The position numbers were made by a program, and so were the translations under genes. Source: an uncultured Bacteroidales bacterium (lineage in GTDB: Bacteria; Bacteroidota; Bacteroidia; Bacteroidales; VadinHA17). From it: 64,000 bases of DNA. Positions 1 to 9,007 of this stretch are shown piece by piece. The DNA lies in the NCBI GenBank assembly GCA_963831855.1, contig CAWHSA010000002.1:248214-312213 (forward strand), read 5' to 3'. The number at the start of each line of letters is the position of its first letter. Position 1 is the first letter of the stretch. Below the pieces are notes generated by a model. That model was not told where the DNA came from. It did not search any database and was given only the letters and a program-made list of their open reading frames with translations.

Positions 1-470
1 CCAAATCTTTTTATAAATTCGAAATAAATGTATGCCCTTAAAAACCTTGCTTCAGCTATCAATCTTTCCTTATTATCAATTGTAATCCCAAGACTTTGCA
101 TTTTTTCAAGGAAGATATTAATCTTTCTGACGTATTGCCATCCGGTATTCCAGTAATAGATATTTCCGCCTCCATTCCATGCAGTATTCGCAACGCTGGT
201 AATGTTATCAGCATTAATAGAACCCTTGGGAAACTGACCAATATCAAAGGTGATAGTACAAATTGCTTCATCGGTTGCTTTTGATTGCATGTGTATTTTT
301 AGTCCGTGCTGAATAGAATTGTACAATTCATTTTCGTAAGCATTTATCAGTTTTTGATCTGTCCATACTGCATTTTCGGCAACACGATCCTTAGGTTCAA
401 TATTAAGAATATCATCACTGCAGGAAATAAGTGCCCACATTAATGCAGTTACAATAAGTATCTTTTTCAT
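1..470 (-). CDS. susD: SusD/RagB-family glycan-binding outer-membrane lipoprotein, 5' portion only (gene continues beyond window start)
   Basis: Absent from the ORF track because it has no stop in the window. My translation from the ATG at 470 reads MKKILIVTALMWALISCSDDILNIEPKDRVAENAVWTDQKLINAYENELY...NKERLIAEARFLRAYIYFEFIKRF. It has a signal peptide with a lipobox Cys (LISC/SDD) and the ARFLRAYxYFExxKRF helix typical of SusD N-termini. It starts 11 nt after the susC stop, the canonical susC-susD order. Confidence 0.85.
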   Translation of the reverse strand, partial: MKKILIVTALMWALISCSDDILNIEPKDRVAENAVWTDQKLINAYENELYNSIQHGLKIHMQSKATDEAICTITFDIGQFPKGSINADNITSVANTAWNGGGNIYYWNTGWQYVRKINIFLEKMQSLGITIDNKERLIAEARFLRAYIYFEFIKRF

Positions 471-481
471 CTTTTTCAATT

Positions 482-3400
482 TTAGAATTTCACATTAATA
501 CCTAAATTGATTATGCGTTGCTGCGGGTAATAAAGGTATCCACCGCTACTTTCGGGATCTGCCCATTTTATTTCTTTAGCCCAGGTAAAAAGGTTATATC
601 CGCTTGCATACACCCGGATATCCTCCAATCCTATTTTCGAAGGTATTCCTTTAGGTAGTGAGTATCCAAATTCCATGCTTTTAAGCCTTATGAATGTAGC
701 ATCAAACAGGAAAAATGTCGAATTTCCCGGTTGAAATGCATCTGCCCGTGGCTTGGTTCCATTTGGATTATCTTTCGTCCAGCGGTCTTTTGCACGTTCA
801 ACAACGGTATTACTAAAATCAGCACCACCCAGAGCTGCAAAATTCCCGTCATAAGTGAAAGCACGGGTTTGTCCCTGGAAAAATAGCGTCAGGTCAAAAT
901 TCTTATATTGAAGTCCCATATTCAATCCGAATACAATTTCAGGTGTATTTGTCAAATCAAACCTGAACTGGTCCTTTGCATTAATTACCCCATCGGTATT
1001 AAGATCGAGAACTTTAACATCGCCAACCTGGGTTCCGTTTTGATGCGGGTAAGCATCCAATTCTGCCTGTGTGTGAAAGATCCCATCGGTTTTATAATAT
1101 AACCCTGCCCCGACCGGATAACCAGTTCGACTTTGATAAGGTTCAGCCGGTGGAGTTTCATCCATAAATATGATTTTACTTCTGGCATAAGCAATATTAC
1201 CTTCAACAGTATAATTCAACTGGCTTATATTATTTCTGTGACGTAATATCAATTCAAAACCATGGTTATCTACTTTCCCAATATTTTCATCCGGCAAGCC
1301 GGAGAAACCTAAAATGGCTGGTATTGAAAGGTTTCTCGCTACAAGAATATTCGATCTTTTTTCCATAAAATAGGTAAATTCCATTCCCAGCAAGCCTTTC
1401 CACAATGATGTTTCCAATCCTATATCGGTTTTTTTGCTTACTTCCCAGGTAATATTTGGATTTGGCATTGTATTGGCATAAATACCAGGAACATCGCTAC
1501 CTCCAAATACATAATTGTTTCCAAATGAATAGGATTGTAAATATTGATATTGTCCTACACGATCGTTACCTATCTCGCCATAGGAAAATCTTAACTTCAA
1601 CTGGTCAACATCGGGAAGAGCGTCCTGAAAGAATTTCTCTTCAGACAAACGCCATCCCAACGAAACTCCGGGGAAGAAGCCATAACGTTTTCCTGCCGGG
1701 AAAATCTGGGAACCATCGTACCGGAACAAAAACTCAACCAGGTATTTTGATTTGAAGTCATAATTTAAACGTCCGAAATAGTTATTGTAAGCTCCCTCTG
1801 ATGCTGAACCTCCATTGTCCTTATCTTCCGGTTTAGTACTTCCCACGTTAATCTGGTCGATGGCAGGACTAACAAAATTTTTCCTGTAAGCACTGGCCCA
1901 GGTGTAAGTATTCTTTTGCTGTTCCTGACCCAACATGGCGGCAATATGGTGAGATCCAAACGTTCTGTCGTAGGCAATTCTGAAGTTATACAACATTGTT
2001 GTCCACTTGCTATATACATCAGTAAGCTCTACAGTTGAGGCGCCCGTTCCCTGTTTCTTGTCATAATTCCCGGTAATTACATTATATTCATAATAGTAAT
2101 AGGGAAGTTGAAATGTTTTTTGAAACTGATTTCTCATGTCATAATTGAATGATGCGTCAAGCTTCAGCCCTTCTACAAAAGGTATTTTATACGTTGCAGT
2201 AAATGTTGAATACAAGGGTGAATCATCGTATTTAAGAGAACCTCTCTGATCCAGTAAAAGCGGACTTTCCCCAAGTCTTCCAGGGGCAATTAGCCCGTTC
2301 GGATATACTGCAGGTAATGTGGGATTGGCTGCTAAAATATTTACGAAATTAACGCCGGTAGCAATATGTGGATATTGTCTTTTATTAATTATTGCATTTA
2401 AATTGGCCGCTATACTTAAATTCTTATTTAAAGCTACGTCAACTTTAACGCGCGCGTTATATTGATTGTAATTTGTAGGATAGTGCTTAAAAGCGCTACC
2501 TTGCTCCAATGATGCAAAAGAAAGCAGGTACTTTACAGCTTCTGTTCCGCCGTTAACAGAAAAACTCACGCGTTGTTCAGGTGAAAAAGGTTTCAAAACT
2601 TCGCTCATCCAATCAGTATTTGGATATAAAATGGGATCGGAACCGTCCCGAAATTTCTGAATAGCCGCGTCGGAATAAAAGGGGATATAATTGACCGGCC
2701 TGCCTTGTCTGTACCAATCTCCTTCATTATATACCTGAGCATAAGCAACTGCATCCAGCATATCAGGAATCTGGGTCGGATGCTGGAAAGCAAAATTGTA
2801 GGATAAACTAAATACAGGCTTACCAAGCTTTCCCGATTTCGTAGTCACAATGATCACTCCATTTGCTGCACGGGCACCGTAAATGGCTGCAGATGCATCT
2901 TTCAAAACAGAAACGCTCTCGATATCTTCAGGATTCAACCTTTCCATATTGTCGCGTTGAACACCATCAATGATAACAAGAGGAGTATTGTCATTTAGCG
3001 TACCTGACCCGCGAATTAATATATTCAGCCCTTCCCTTCCCGGTTCACCCGAACGTTCATTTACAAGTAAACCAGGTAACTTTCCGGTAAGAGAATTGAC
3101 CACATTGGGCTGAGGACTTTTTAATATCTCATTTCCACCAACAGTAGCAATCGATCCTGTTAATGTTTCTTTCTTTTGAACTCCATAACCAACTACAACA
3201 ACTTCTTCCAGTCCTGTAATTACAGGAATCAGGTCCACATCAATAGTTGTTCTGCCCGATACATTTACTTCCCTGGCTGTATATCCGATAAATGAGAATA
3301 CCAACATATCAGACCCGGCAGGAACACCAATTGAATATGTACCATCAACAGATGTTGTAACTCCGGTATTTGTTCCTTTAACCAAAACGGTTGCTCCAAT

Positions 3401-3589
3401 CAGAGGCTCTCCGGTATTAGAGTCCGTGACCTTACCTCTGACCTGTAGTTGCTGCAGGTCAGTTACTCCGGCAGCCATTAACTGCGAAAGGCTTAAAAAG
3501 GCGATAATAAGAGACAGGTTTATGGTTAACAGAAATCTTTTTATTCCCGTTTTTGGCAGCGGGAAATAACATTGAAGATTTTTTTTCAT
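482..3589 (-). CDS. susC: SusC/RagA-family TonB-dependent outer-membrane transporter
   Basis: 1035 aa ORF with ATG at 3587-3589. Carboxypeptidase-regulatory-like N-domain (VRGKVTDSNTGEPLIGATVLVKGTNTGVTTSVDGTYSI). Plug region (EEVVVVGYGVQKKETLTGSIATV; NILIRGSGTLNDNTPLVIIDGV). Long beta-barrel ending ...INLGINVKF with a terminal aromatic. Followed directly by the SusD-like gene. Confidence 0.95.
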   Translation of the reverse strand: MKKNLQCYFPLPKTGIKRFLLTINLSLIIAFLSLSQLMAAGVTDLQQLQVRGKVTDSNTGEPLIGATVLVKGTNTGVTTSVDGTYSIGVPAGSDMLVFSFIGYTAREVNVSGRTTIDVDLIPVITGLEEVVVVGYGVQKKETLTGSIATVGGNEILKSPQPNVVNSLTGKLPGLLVNERSGEPGREGLNILIRGSGTLNDNTPLVIIDGVQRDNMERLNPEDIESVSVLKDASAAIYGARAANGVIIVTTKSGKLGKPVFSLSYNFAFQHPTQIPDMLDAVAYAQVYNEGDWYRQGRPVNYIPFYSDAAIQKFRDGSDPILYPNTDWMSEVLKPFSPEQRVSFSVNGGTEAVKYLLSFASLEQGSAFKHYPTNYNQYNARVKVDVALNKNLSIAANLNAIINKRQYPHIATGVNFVNILAANPTLPAVYPNGLIAPGRLGESPLLLDQRGSLKYDDSPLYSTFTATYKIPFVEGLKLDASFNYDMRNQFQKTFQLPYYYYEYNVITGNYDKKQGTGASTVELTDVYSKWTTMLYNFRIAYDRTFGSHHIAAMLGQEQQKNTYTWASAYRKNFVSPAIDQINVGSTKPEDKDNGGSASEGAYNNYFGRLNYDFKSKYLVEFLFRYDGSQIFPAGKRYGFFPGVSLGWRLSEEKFFQDALPDVDQLKLRFSYGEIGNDRVGQYQYLQSYSFGNNYVFGGSDVPGIYANTMPNPNITWEVSKKTDIGLETSLWKGLLGMEFTYFMEKRSNILVARNLSIPAILGFSGLPDENIGKVDNHGFELILRHRNNISQLNYTVEGNIAYARSKIIFMDETPPAEPYQSRTGYPVGAGLYYKTDGIFHTQAELDAYPHQNGTQVGDVKVLDLNTDGVINAKDQFRFDLTNTPEIVFGLNMGLQYKNFDLTLFFQGQTRAFTYDGNFAALGGADFSNTVVERAKDRWTKDNPNGTKPRADAFQPGNSTFFLFDATFIRLKSMEFGYSLPKGIPSKIGLEDIRVYASGYNLFTWAKEIKWADPESSGGYLYYPQQRIINLGINVKF

Positions 3590-3660
3590 AATATTGCAAA
3601 GTTTTTAGAAGTTTAAAAAACTAATAGCCTGCTAAAGGAGGCTTCATTAGGAAAATTTGT

Positions 3661-3701
3661 AAAAACCCGGCGCAGGATGTTGTAGCATCCTGCGTTTTTT
3701 T
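3661..3701. terminator. Intrinsic-terminator-like hairpin flanked by an A-run and a T-run (could function in either orientation)
   Basis: Perfect 9-bp stem CGCAGGATG (3671-3679) / CATCCTGCG (3686-3694) with a 6-nt loop. AAAAA lies upstream (3661-3665) and T7 downstream (3695-3701). It sits about 70 nt downstream of the small minus-strand ORF 3771-3908 and about 75 nt upstream of the susC start. Confidence 0.5.
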
Positions 3702-3770
3702 ACGGTGGTTAATTTTTCATAGGCAAATAGATTTAGGTTATTACTAGGGTTAGTCAAGTATTATATATTT

Positions 3771-3908
3771 TTAGTATCCATCATTAGTTTTTTGTCTTAT
3801 TTGGCCGGCATTTAGCAGAATAATAGCGGCAATGCTCTTAACCTGATAAGGAATCAAGATCAGCATAAAGATGTAAATCCCAAACGAGCCAAGTCTTTTG
3901 TCTTTCAT
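3771..3908 (-). CDS. Possible small hydrophobic peptide (45 aa), hypothetical
   Basis: Below the ORF-track size cutoff. My translation from ATG 3908 reads MKDKRLGSFGIYIFMLILIPYQVKSIAAIILLNAGQIRQKTNDGY, with stop TAA at 3771-3773. It has one predicted TM-like hydrophobic stretch and is followed by the 3661-3701 hairpin. No homology evidence. Confidence 0.2.
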   Translation of the reverse strand: MKDKRLGSFGIYIFMLILIPYQVKSIAAIILLNAGQIRQKTNDGY

Positions 3909-4156
3909 GAATTTGTGTTCGTTTTGATTAACAGAGCAGGATGGTTTTTATATTTTCGGCTTAATTGGTACATATCAGCAGTCGTTTATTGCTATAATCT
4001 CAAAAGGATTTACAACTATTAGTCAGGCGACCTCCCCTGTTATCAGTCAGATAAGCTCATAGTCATTGCCTGTAATTCCCGTTACCAATTTAATTTATCA
4101 TTCCCTCCATTTAAATAGCCCTTGAATAAAGCTTAACCGTTTTCGATCGCGGTAAC

Positions 4157-4168
4157 TTACACGTGTAA
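4157..4168. promoter_or_regulatory. Perfect 12-bp palindrome TTACACGTGTAA with central CG; candidate operator in the regulator-susC intergenic region
   Basis: TTACAC|GTGTAA read directly at 4157-4168. It is embedded in a longer imperfect palindrome, GGTAAC-TTACACGTGTAA-AGTTAAACC (4151-4178). It lies between the LacI-family gene (ends 4488) and the susC start (3589). LacI-family operators are typically palindromes centred on CG. Confidence 0.3.
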
Positions 4169-4412
4169 AGTTAAACCCTAATTTTCTAATTTGCAATAAA
4201 TCAGAATAAAAAATTGCCGGGAAGGTGTGAAAAAACAGACGTTCCAATATTTACGTATGTCATATGTATTAAATAAGCATACTTATATTTCATCTAAATA
4301 TTTAAAACTGTCATCAGTAATCGCTAACGGGTAATAAAAATTCAGGGCCTTGTAGTAGAATTTTTACACAGCTCCCGGATTAAATAATACTGTTTTGGGA
4401 AATTAAATAAAT

Positions 4413-4431
4413 GGATACACGTTGTGTATTC
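4413..4431 (-). terminator. Short hairpin/palindrome ATACAC-GTT-GTGTAT downstream of the LacI-family gene (weak terminator or second operator-like site)
   Basis: GGATACAC GTT GTGTATTC at 4413-4431, about 60 nt after the regulator stop. On the minus strand the stem is followed by the T-rich ATTTATTTAATTT. The half-site (T/A)TACAC / GTGTA(A/T) resembles the 4157-4168 palindrome. Confidence 0.3.
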
Positions 4432-4487
4432 TTTTTCAGGGCTCTATAATATATTTGAATTTATACTTATTTCCAATGAAGAATTTT

Positions 4488-5507
4488 TTATCGTTTTAAG
4501 ATAGAAGTATTCCAGTGAAAATCTACATCAATCAGTATCTCGGTATGTGAATTCTGTGAAATGCCCTGAATTTCATCGATCAATAAATTAGCAGCTATCC
4601 TGCCCATCTTTCTTGGGTCCTGGTTGATAATTGATAAAGTGGGACTGAACAAGCGGGCTGTATCGTCTAAGCCATAGCCTAAAATACCAATATCGTCAGG
4701 GATTTTCAGCTCTGTCTTTCTTATTGCCTTGTACGCCCCTGAGGCAACACGGTCATTAACTGCAAGTATTATTTCAGGTAATTCCCTGGTTGTATTTAGC
4801 TTTTCAAATGCCCTTATACCATCATCAATCTCGTACCCTCCTTCAATAATCCATTCATCCCGGATTGGAATGCCATTGTTTATCAAAGCTTCTTTATAAC
4901 CATTGCATCGCTCACTTCCAATGCTGGTACCGGAATAGCCTGCAAAGTGGGCGATTTTAGTATAGCCGCCTGAAATTAATTGATTAAGCGCTTCTATAGT
5001 GGCGACTTTATCGTTAAATGCAACATAACTGAAATTCATTCCCTTAATAGCACGGTCGAAAAATACCAGAGGAATTTTCACTTTGCGGGTATAATCAAAT
5101 ACCTTATGATTGGTTGTTTCCTGCGAAACGCAAACCAGGAGACCGTCCACGCGCATACCGATCAGATTCATGATGTTATTCTTCTCAAAAACCTCTTTTT
5201 CCCGGGATACCGTTAGAAGGATATTGTAATTATGTTCTTTAGCTGCATCTATTATACTATCGACAAGGTAGGCAAAAAAACTATTCTCGAGATCCGGAAT
5301 AACAATGCCCAACAGATAGGTCTTCTGAAGTGATAATTGTTTGGCAATGAGGTTTGGGGAATATCCCATTTCTTCGACAGCCTTATTGATCTTTTCCTTC
5401 ATCCCGGCTGAAATGTCAGGATGATTTCTTAACGCTTTTGATACGGTAATGCGTGATACTTTTAACCTGTCAGCTATGTCTTGCTGAGTGATGTGATTTG
5501 TTTTCAT
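4488..5507 (-). CDS. LacI-family transcriptional regulator
   Basis: N-terminal HTH: MKTNHITQQDIADRLKVSRITVSKALRNHPDISAGMKEKINKAVEEMGYSPNLIAKQL. This is followed by a periplasmic-binding-protein-like sugar-binding core (LGIVIPDLENSFFAYLVD..., AHFAGYSGTSIGSERCNGY...). The track ORF begins at a TTG (5522); the ATG at 5505-5507 gives the typical LacI N-terminus. Confidence 0.9.
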   Translation of the reverse strand: MKTNHITQQDIADRLKVSRITVSKALRNHPDISAGMKEKINKAVEEMGYSPNLIAKQLSLQKTYLLGIVIPDLENSFFAYLVDSIIDAAKEHNYNILLTVSREKEVFEKNNIMNLIGMRVDGLLVCVSQETTNHKVFDYTRKVKIPLVFFDRAIKGMNFSYVAFNDKVATIEALNQLISGGYTKIAHFAGYSGTSIGSERCNGYKEALINNGIPIRDEWIIEGGYEIDDGIRAFEKLNTTRELPEIILAVNDRVASGAYKAIRKTELKIPDDIGILGYGLDDTARLFSPTLSIINQDPRKMGRIAANLLIDEIQGISQNSHTEILIDVDFHWNTSILKR

Positions 5508-5521
5508 TTTAAACTTTATCA

Positions 5522-5543
5522 AATACTTTGACGATAAAGTATT
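5522..5543. promoter_or_regulatory. Inverted repeat AATACTTT-GACGAT-AAAGTATT just upstream of the LacI-family gene start (candidate autoregulatory operator)
   Basis: 8-bp perfect arms (5522-5529 / 5536-5543) around a 6-nt core containing a central CG. It lies 15 nt upstream of the ATG at 5507. Confidence 0.3.
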
Positions 5544-5817
5544 GTAAAATTAAAATTTTCCCGGGCATAAATGTAATAAATTAATGCCTGTCTAGGATTC
5601 GGGAATTCAATATTCTTCATGGCTGCAGGTAGTTTTATGAGCAGGTAGCCAGGTTAATAAACTGTCATATATTTTATTAGAGGGACTGGCTATGCCTGAG
5701 GAGAAGAGATATCCTGAAACTATCAGTACCTTTGCCTATGAGTTTGGATTGATCCTTAAAAAATATTGCAAGATACTCTGAGAAGTATTAACTCAATTTT
5801 TAAATAGAAATTGAGTT

Positions 5818-7137
5818 TTAATTAAATCGTAACCAGTCTATTTCAACAGGATTGTCATCTTTCAAAACCAGCACAAGATTATGAATTCCTTTCTGGTATT
5901 TTAACATCTTTCCACTTACAGTGTTCCATATTGTTCCTTTTGGAATTTCGACCTCAGCAAGTAAAAGACCGTCCGGCTTGTCGAGTCTGACCTGAATGGT
6001 GCCTCCCGTTTGTGAAGCGGCTTTTACCAGGACCGATTTTAGTTTCTTGCTTCCGAAATCAACAGTATTATATTTAATCCAGGCACCTTTGTTATCAAGA
6101 ATTGTCTTCCAGCCATCAAATGTATTCAGAGTATCGATGAACGCAATTGATGCACCTTTATCACTAATCGCCGTATAACGGTCAATCTGGATTTGGCTTA
6201 ATGAGTTCGTTACACCAACACCTCGCAATGTCGGAATTACTTTCCGGATAGTTCCATCTGAGTTAAATGACAGACTATCAACCCTTACGGATCGATTTTT
6301 ATCGAAATTCGGAGAGTAGTCTCTGTCGTGATAGAAGAGATACCATTGTCCATTATAATTGACTAAAGAATGGTGATTAGTCCAGCAGCCGGAAGGTGAT
6401 TCGTCCATGATGACTCCAACTGGTTTGTACGGGCCCATAGGACTATCGCTCATGGCGTATTCGAGGCGTTCGATCTTATTTTCGACATGGGGATAAGTAA
6501 GATAGTATTTTCCATTGAGTTCGAAAGCAAAGGGGCCCTCGATGAGGCCTTTGGTTGGCAGGTTGTCAATTGCTTTGGGCTGGCCATCTGTTTCGATCAT
6601 GTTGTCATTAAGTCTGGCAACACTAATACGTCCCATGGAAGTGAAAATATAGGACTGCCCGTCTTTGTCGATAAGGACACATGGATCAATACCCCGAATA
6701 CCTTCAACCGGCTTATCCAGGACGGTGTAAGGGCCTTCCGGTTTGTCAGCTGTAGCAACACCTATTCTGCCGCCAACCGGGAAGTAGAAATAATATTTAC
6801 CGTTTTTGAAAACACAATCGGGCGCCCACATATCATAATTAATTCGTGTAAGCCAGGGGACCTTGGTCTGGGTCACTATGACACCATGGTCTGTCCAGTC
6901 GGTAAGATTTGCGGAAGAGAATACATGATAATCCTCCATACAGAACCAGTCTTTGCGGGTCACTTCTTTCGGTGCAGGAATATCGTGCGAAGGGAATAAA
7001 TAAACCCTGCCATTGAATACCCTTGCAGTAGGATCAGCGGAGAATTGGTCCCGGATAATCGGATTTTGAGCCAGTAAACCATTCTGCGAAAGAACTGTCA
7101 TTGAAATGACTAATAATAAATGTTTGATTTTCTTCAT
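5818..7137 (-). CDS. GH43 glycoside hydrolase (arabinofuranosidase/xylosidase type) with C-terminal CBM6-like domain
   Basis: Signal peptide MKKIKHLLLVISMTVLSQNGLLAQ (ATG at 7135-7137, internal to the track ORF). GH43 N-terminal motif NPIIRDQFSADPTARVFNGRVYLFPSHD. C-terminal beta-sandwich: IQIDRYTAISDKG...WIKYNTVDFG...GTIQVRLDKPDG...GIHNLVLVLKDDNPVEIDWLRFN. Confidence 0.85.
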   Translation of the reverse strand: MKKIKHLLLVISMTVLSQNGLLAQNPIIRDQFSADPTARVFNGRVYLFPSHDIPAPKEVTRKDWFCMEDYHVFSSANLTDWTDHGVIVTQTKVPWLTRINYDMWAPDCVFKNGKYYFYFPVGGRIGVATADKPEGPYTVLDKPVEGIRGIDPCVLIDKDGQSYIFTSMGRISVARLNDNMIETDGQPKAIDNLPTKGLIEGPFAFELNGKYYLTYPHVENKIERLEYAMSDSPMGPYKPVGVIMDESPSGCWTNHHSLVNYNGQWYLFYHDRDYSPNFDKNRSVRVDSLSFNSDGTIRKVIPTLRGVGVTNSLSQIQIDRYTAISDKGASIAFIDTLNTFDGWKTILDNKGAWIKYNTVDFGSKKLKSVLVKAASQTGGTIQVRLDKPDGLLLAEVEIPKGTIWNTVSGKMLKYQKGIHNLVLVLKDDNPVEIDWLRFN

Positions 7138-7147
7138 TTTATCTGTT

Positions 7148-7397
7148 TTATATATCATTAAACATCCCGGGGTTCTGATTGCTATAGACAAACACATTTA
7201 CTCCCGGGGTCTCAAAATATCCTAAATCGTTCAGTTGCAGTTTCTGGCCAAAAGAATTATATGAGAATAAGACAAGAGCAGCTCCTGTAATAAATGTACC
7301 TAATACACTTTTAAAATTAATGACCAGGATTTTTTCAGAAACCCAGTAAATCGGTCAGCACCACAGCTGCTATCAAAATAACGTTTCATTATAATTA
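7148..7397 (-). pseudogene. Relic of the 5' end of a secreted protein gene (frameshifted, truncated)
   Basis: My translation: ATG at 7395-7397 gives MKRYFDSSCGADRFTGFLKKSWSLILKVY*. After a frame change in the A-run (T6 at 7331-7336 on the plus strand) it reads KILVINFKSVLGTFITGAALVLFSYNSFGQKLQLNDLGYFETPGVNVFVYSNQNPGMFNDI* (stop 7148-7150). This is a signal-peptide-like segment plus about 30 mature residues, after which the reading frame ends. No family assigned. Confidence 0.3.
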
Positions 7398-7438
7398 CTG
7401 TTAGTTTTTAGTTTTCAAAAACCTGTCTCAATTTAATT

Positions 7439-9007
7439 CTATTTTGTAATCTGATCGCTGATATGGAACCAGTCGAAATCGACGAATCCGCCGGGTGTTT
7501 TGGCAGAATAGTTGAACAATCCGAAGCGATAACCCATAAAATGCGGCATGCTATATTCCATCTTAAGCTGTGATCCGATCTTTGTCCAGGATTTACCGTC
7601 GAGGCTGTAATAGAAATTTGCCACATCGGCAAGATCCCTGAAATTGCATTCGGCTTTCAGATAAACGGTCTTCTGGTTTAAAGGTACCCTTTCGACCTCG
7701 ACAGGTTTGCCGGTCTGTGCACTTACCATTACAATCGATTTAGAGCCGTTATTATATTTTACCCCGACCTGACCGAATTTTCTTTGAAGAAGAGCCAGTC
7801 CTGCAAAATCCCCTTCCTTCATGTTTGTTACATCTATTACCGTAGAACCGGAGCATTCAGGACCGAATGTACGCTGTGTTAAAGTATTTCGCGCCTGTAC
7901 AAAAAGAGTGTCAATACGTCCGGTAGTGAGACGCAGAAATCCTTTACGTGCGGTGACGGACCATAAGTCATTAACCGGGTTATGGTTCCATTGCCATACC
8001 AGAGGCAGTGCGGGATCTCCCTTCCGGCGGGTAAACTCATCCGGAGCGACGATCCCGGGTATTAACCCAGTGTTCGCAGGAAGGTCAAGAACATCAGGAA
8101 CTTTGCCGTTAACTCCGATTACAGGCCACCCATCCTCCCATTTAAGCGGAACAATATAGGGAATACGACCGACTGAACCATAATCACGGAACAGATAGGC
8201 AAACCATCTGCCATCAGGGGTATCGACCATACCGCCCTGCGCCACTCCTTTATCCTGAAATGCAACCCTGCCTTCCCACGGACCTGTTAACTTATCTGCC
8301 CGGTGAATTACTACAGTACGCATACCTCCCTTTGGCCAGGTTATGTTAAAAAGATAATATTTGCCATTGGCCCTGAACAATTGTGAACCTTCCCCAAGTC
8401 CGCTATCGATCCCTGAAGGTGCACTTGAATTTTCAAGTAAAACCTGATTTAAACCGCCGGTTTTGACCCCTGAAAGATCAGCATTAAGTTCGACAAGGGT
8501 CAGCTTTTTATTGCCATAGATGAGATAAACACGACCATCATCATCGAAAACTAATGTATGGTCATGAAAACTCGGGCTGAATGAAATCTCTTTCCAGGGG
8601 CCTTTTTCAATATCCTTTGTTGACCAAATATATGTTTTACCTGTTGTTGCTGAAAAGGATGATACATAAAAGGTTCCGTTGTGATAACGGATGCAACTGG
8701 CCCAGGTACCGCGCCCGTAAGCATTCTTTCCGTTATTGAGATTTAAAGCATCGTTCTCGCCAAGGGTACTATAGGCATAGTTAACGAGCTTCCAGTTCAC
8801 AAGATCTTTTGATTTCATTATCGGTACACCCGGGCTCATGTGCATAGTAGTACTGCTCATATAATAAGAATCACCAACACGGATCATAGATAAATCCGGA
8901 ACATCAGCAAAAATAACCGGATTATGTGCCTGTTTCTCCTGTGCGGAAACTGAGGTACAAATGAATAAAACGATTACCGTAATAAAACTAAAATAGATTT
9001 TTTTCAT
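7439..9007 (-). CDS. GH43 glycoside hydrolase (beta-xylosidase/alpha-L-arabinofuranosidase type) with C-terminal beta-sandwich
   Basis: 522 aa with a signal peptide. HNPVIFADVPDLSMIRVGDSYYMSSTTMHMSPGVPIMKSKDLVNWKLV is the classic GH43 five-bladed-propeller N-terminus. A C-terminal concanavalin-like domain follows (GDFAGLALLQRKFGQVGVKY...GYRFGLFNY). Confidence 0.85.
   Translation of the reverse strand: MKKIYFSFITVIVLFICTSVSAQEKQAHNPVIFADVPDLSMIRVGDSYYMSSTTMHMSPGVPIMKSKDLVNWKLVNYAYSTLGENDALNLNNGKNAYGRGTWASCIRYHNGTFYVSSFSATTGKTYIWSTKDIEKGPWKEISFSPSFHDHTLVFDDDGRVYLIYGNKKLTLVELNADLSGVKTGGLNQVLLENSSAPSGIDSGLGEGSQLFRANGKYYLFNITWPKGGMRTVVIHRADKLTGPWEGRVAFQDKGVAQGGMVDTPDGRWFAYLFRDYGSVGRIPYIVPLKWEDGWPVIGVNGKVPDVLDLPANTGLIPGIVAPDEFTRRKGDPALPLVWQWNHNPVNDLWSVTARKGFLRLTTGRIDTLFVQARNTLTQRTFGPECSGSTVIDVTNMKEGDFAGLALLQRKFGQVGVKYNNGSKSIVMVSAQTGKPVEVERVPLNQKTVYLKAECNFRDLADVANFYYSLDGKSWTKIGSQLKMEYSMPHFMGYRFGLFNYSAKTPGGFVDFDWFHISDQITK

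Noticed and set aside
6487-6999. Long antisense ORFs inside well-supported CDSs: 6487-6999 (+), 27696-28208 (+), 44391-44825 (+), 49345-49809 (+), 54013-54525 (+), 54972-55469 (+), 18203-18586 (+).
   Set aside because: Each lies entirely opposite a long ORF with coherent, recognisable enzyme motifs. Their translations are compositionally odd (Cys/Arg/His-rich or low complexity) and carry no motifs I recognise. They are typical shadow ORFs.
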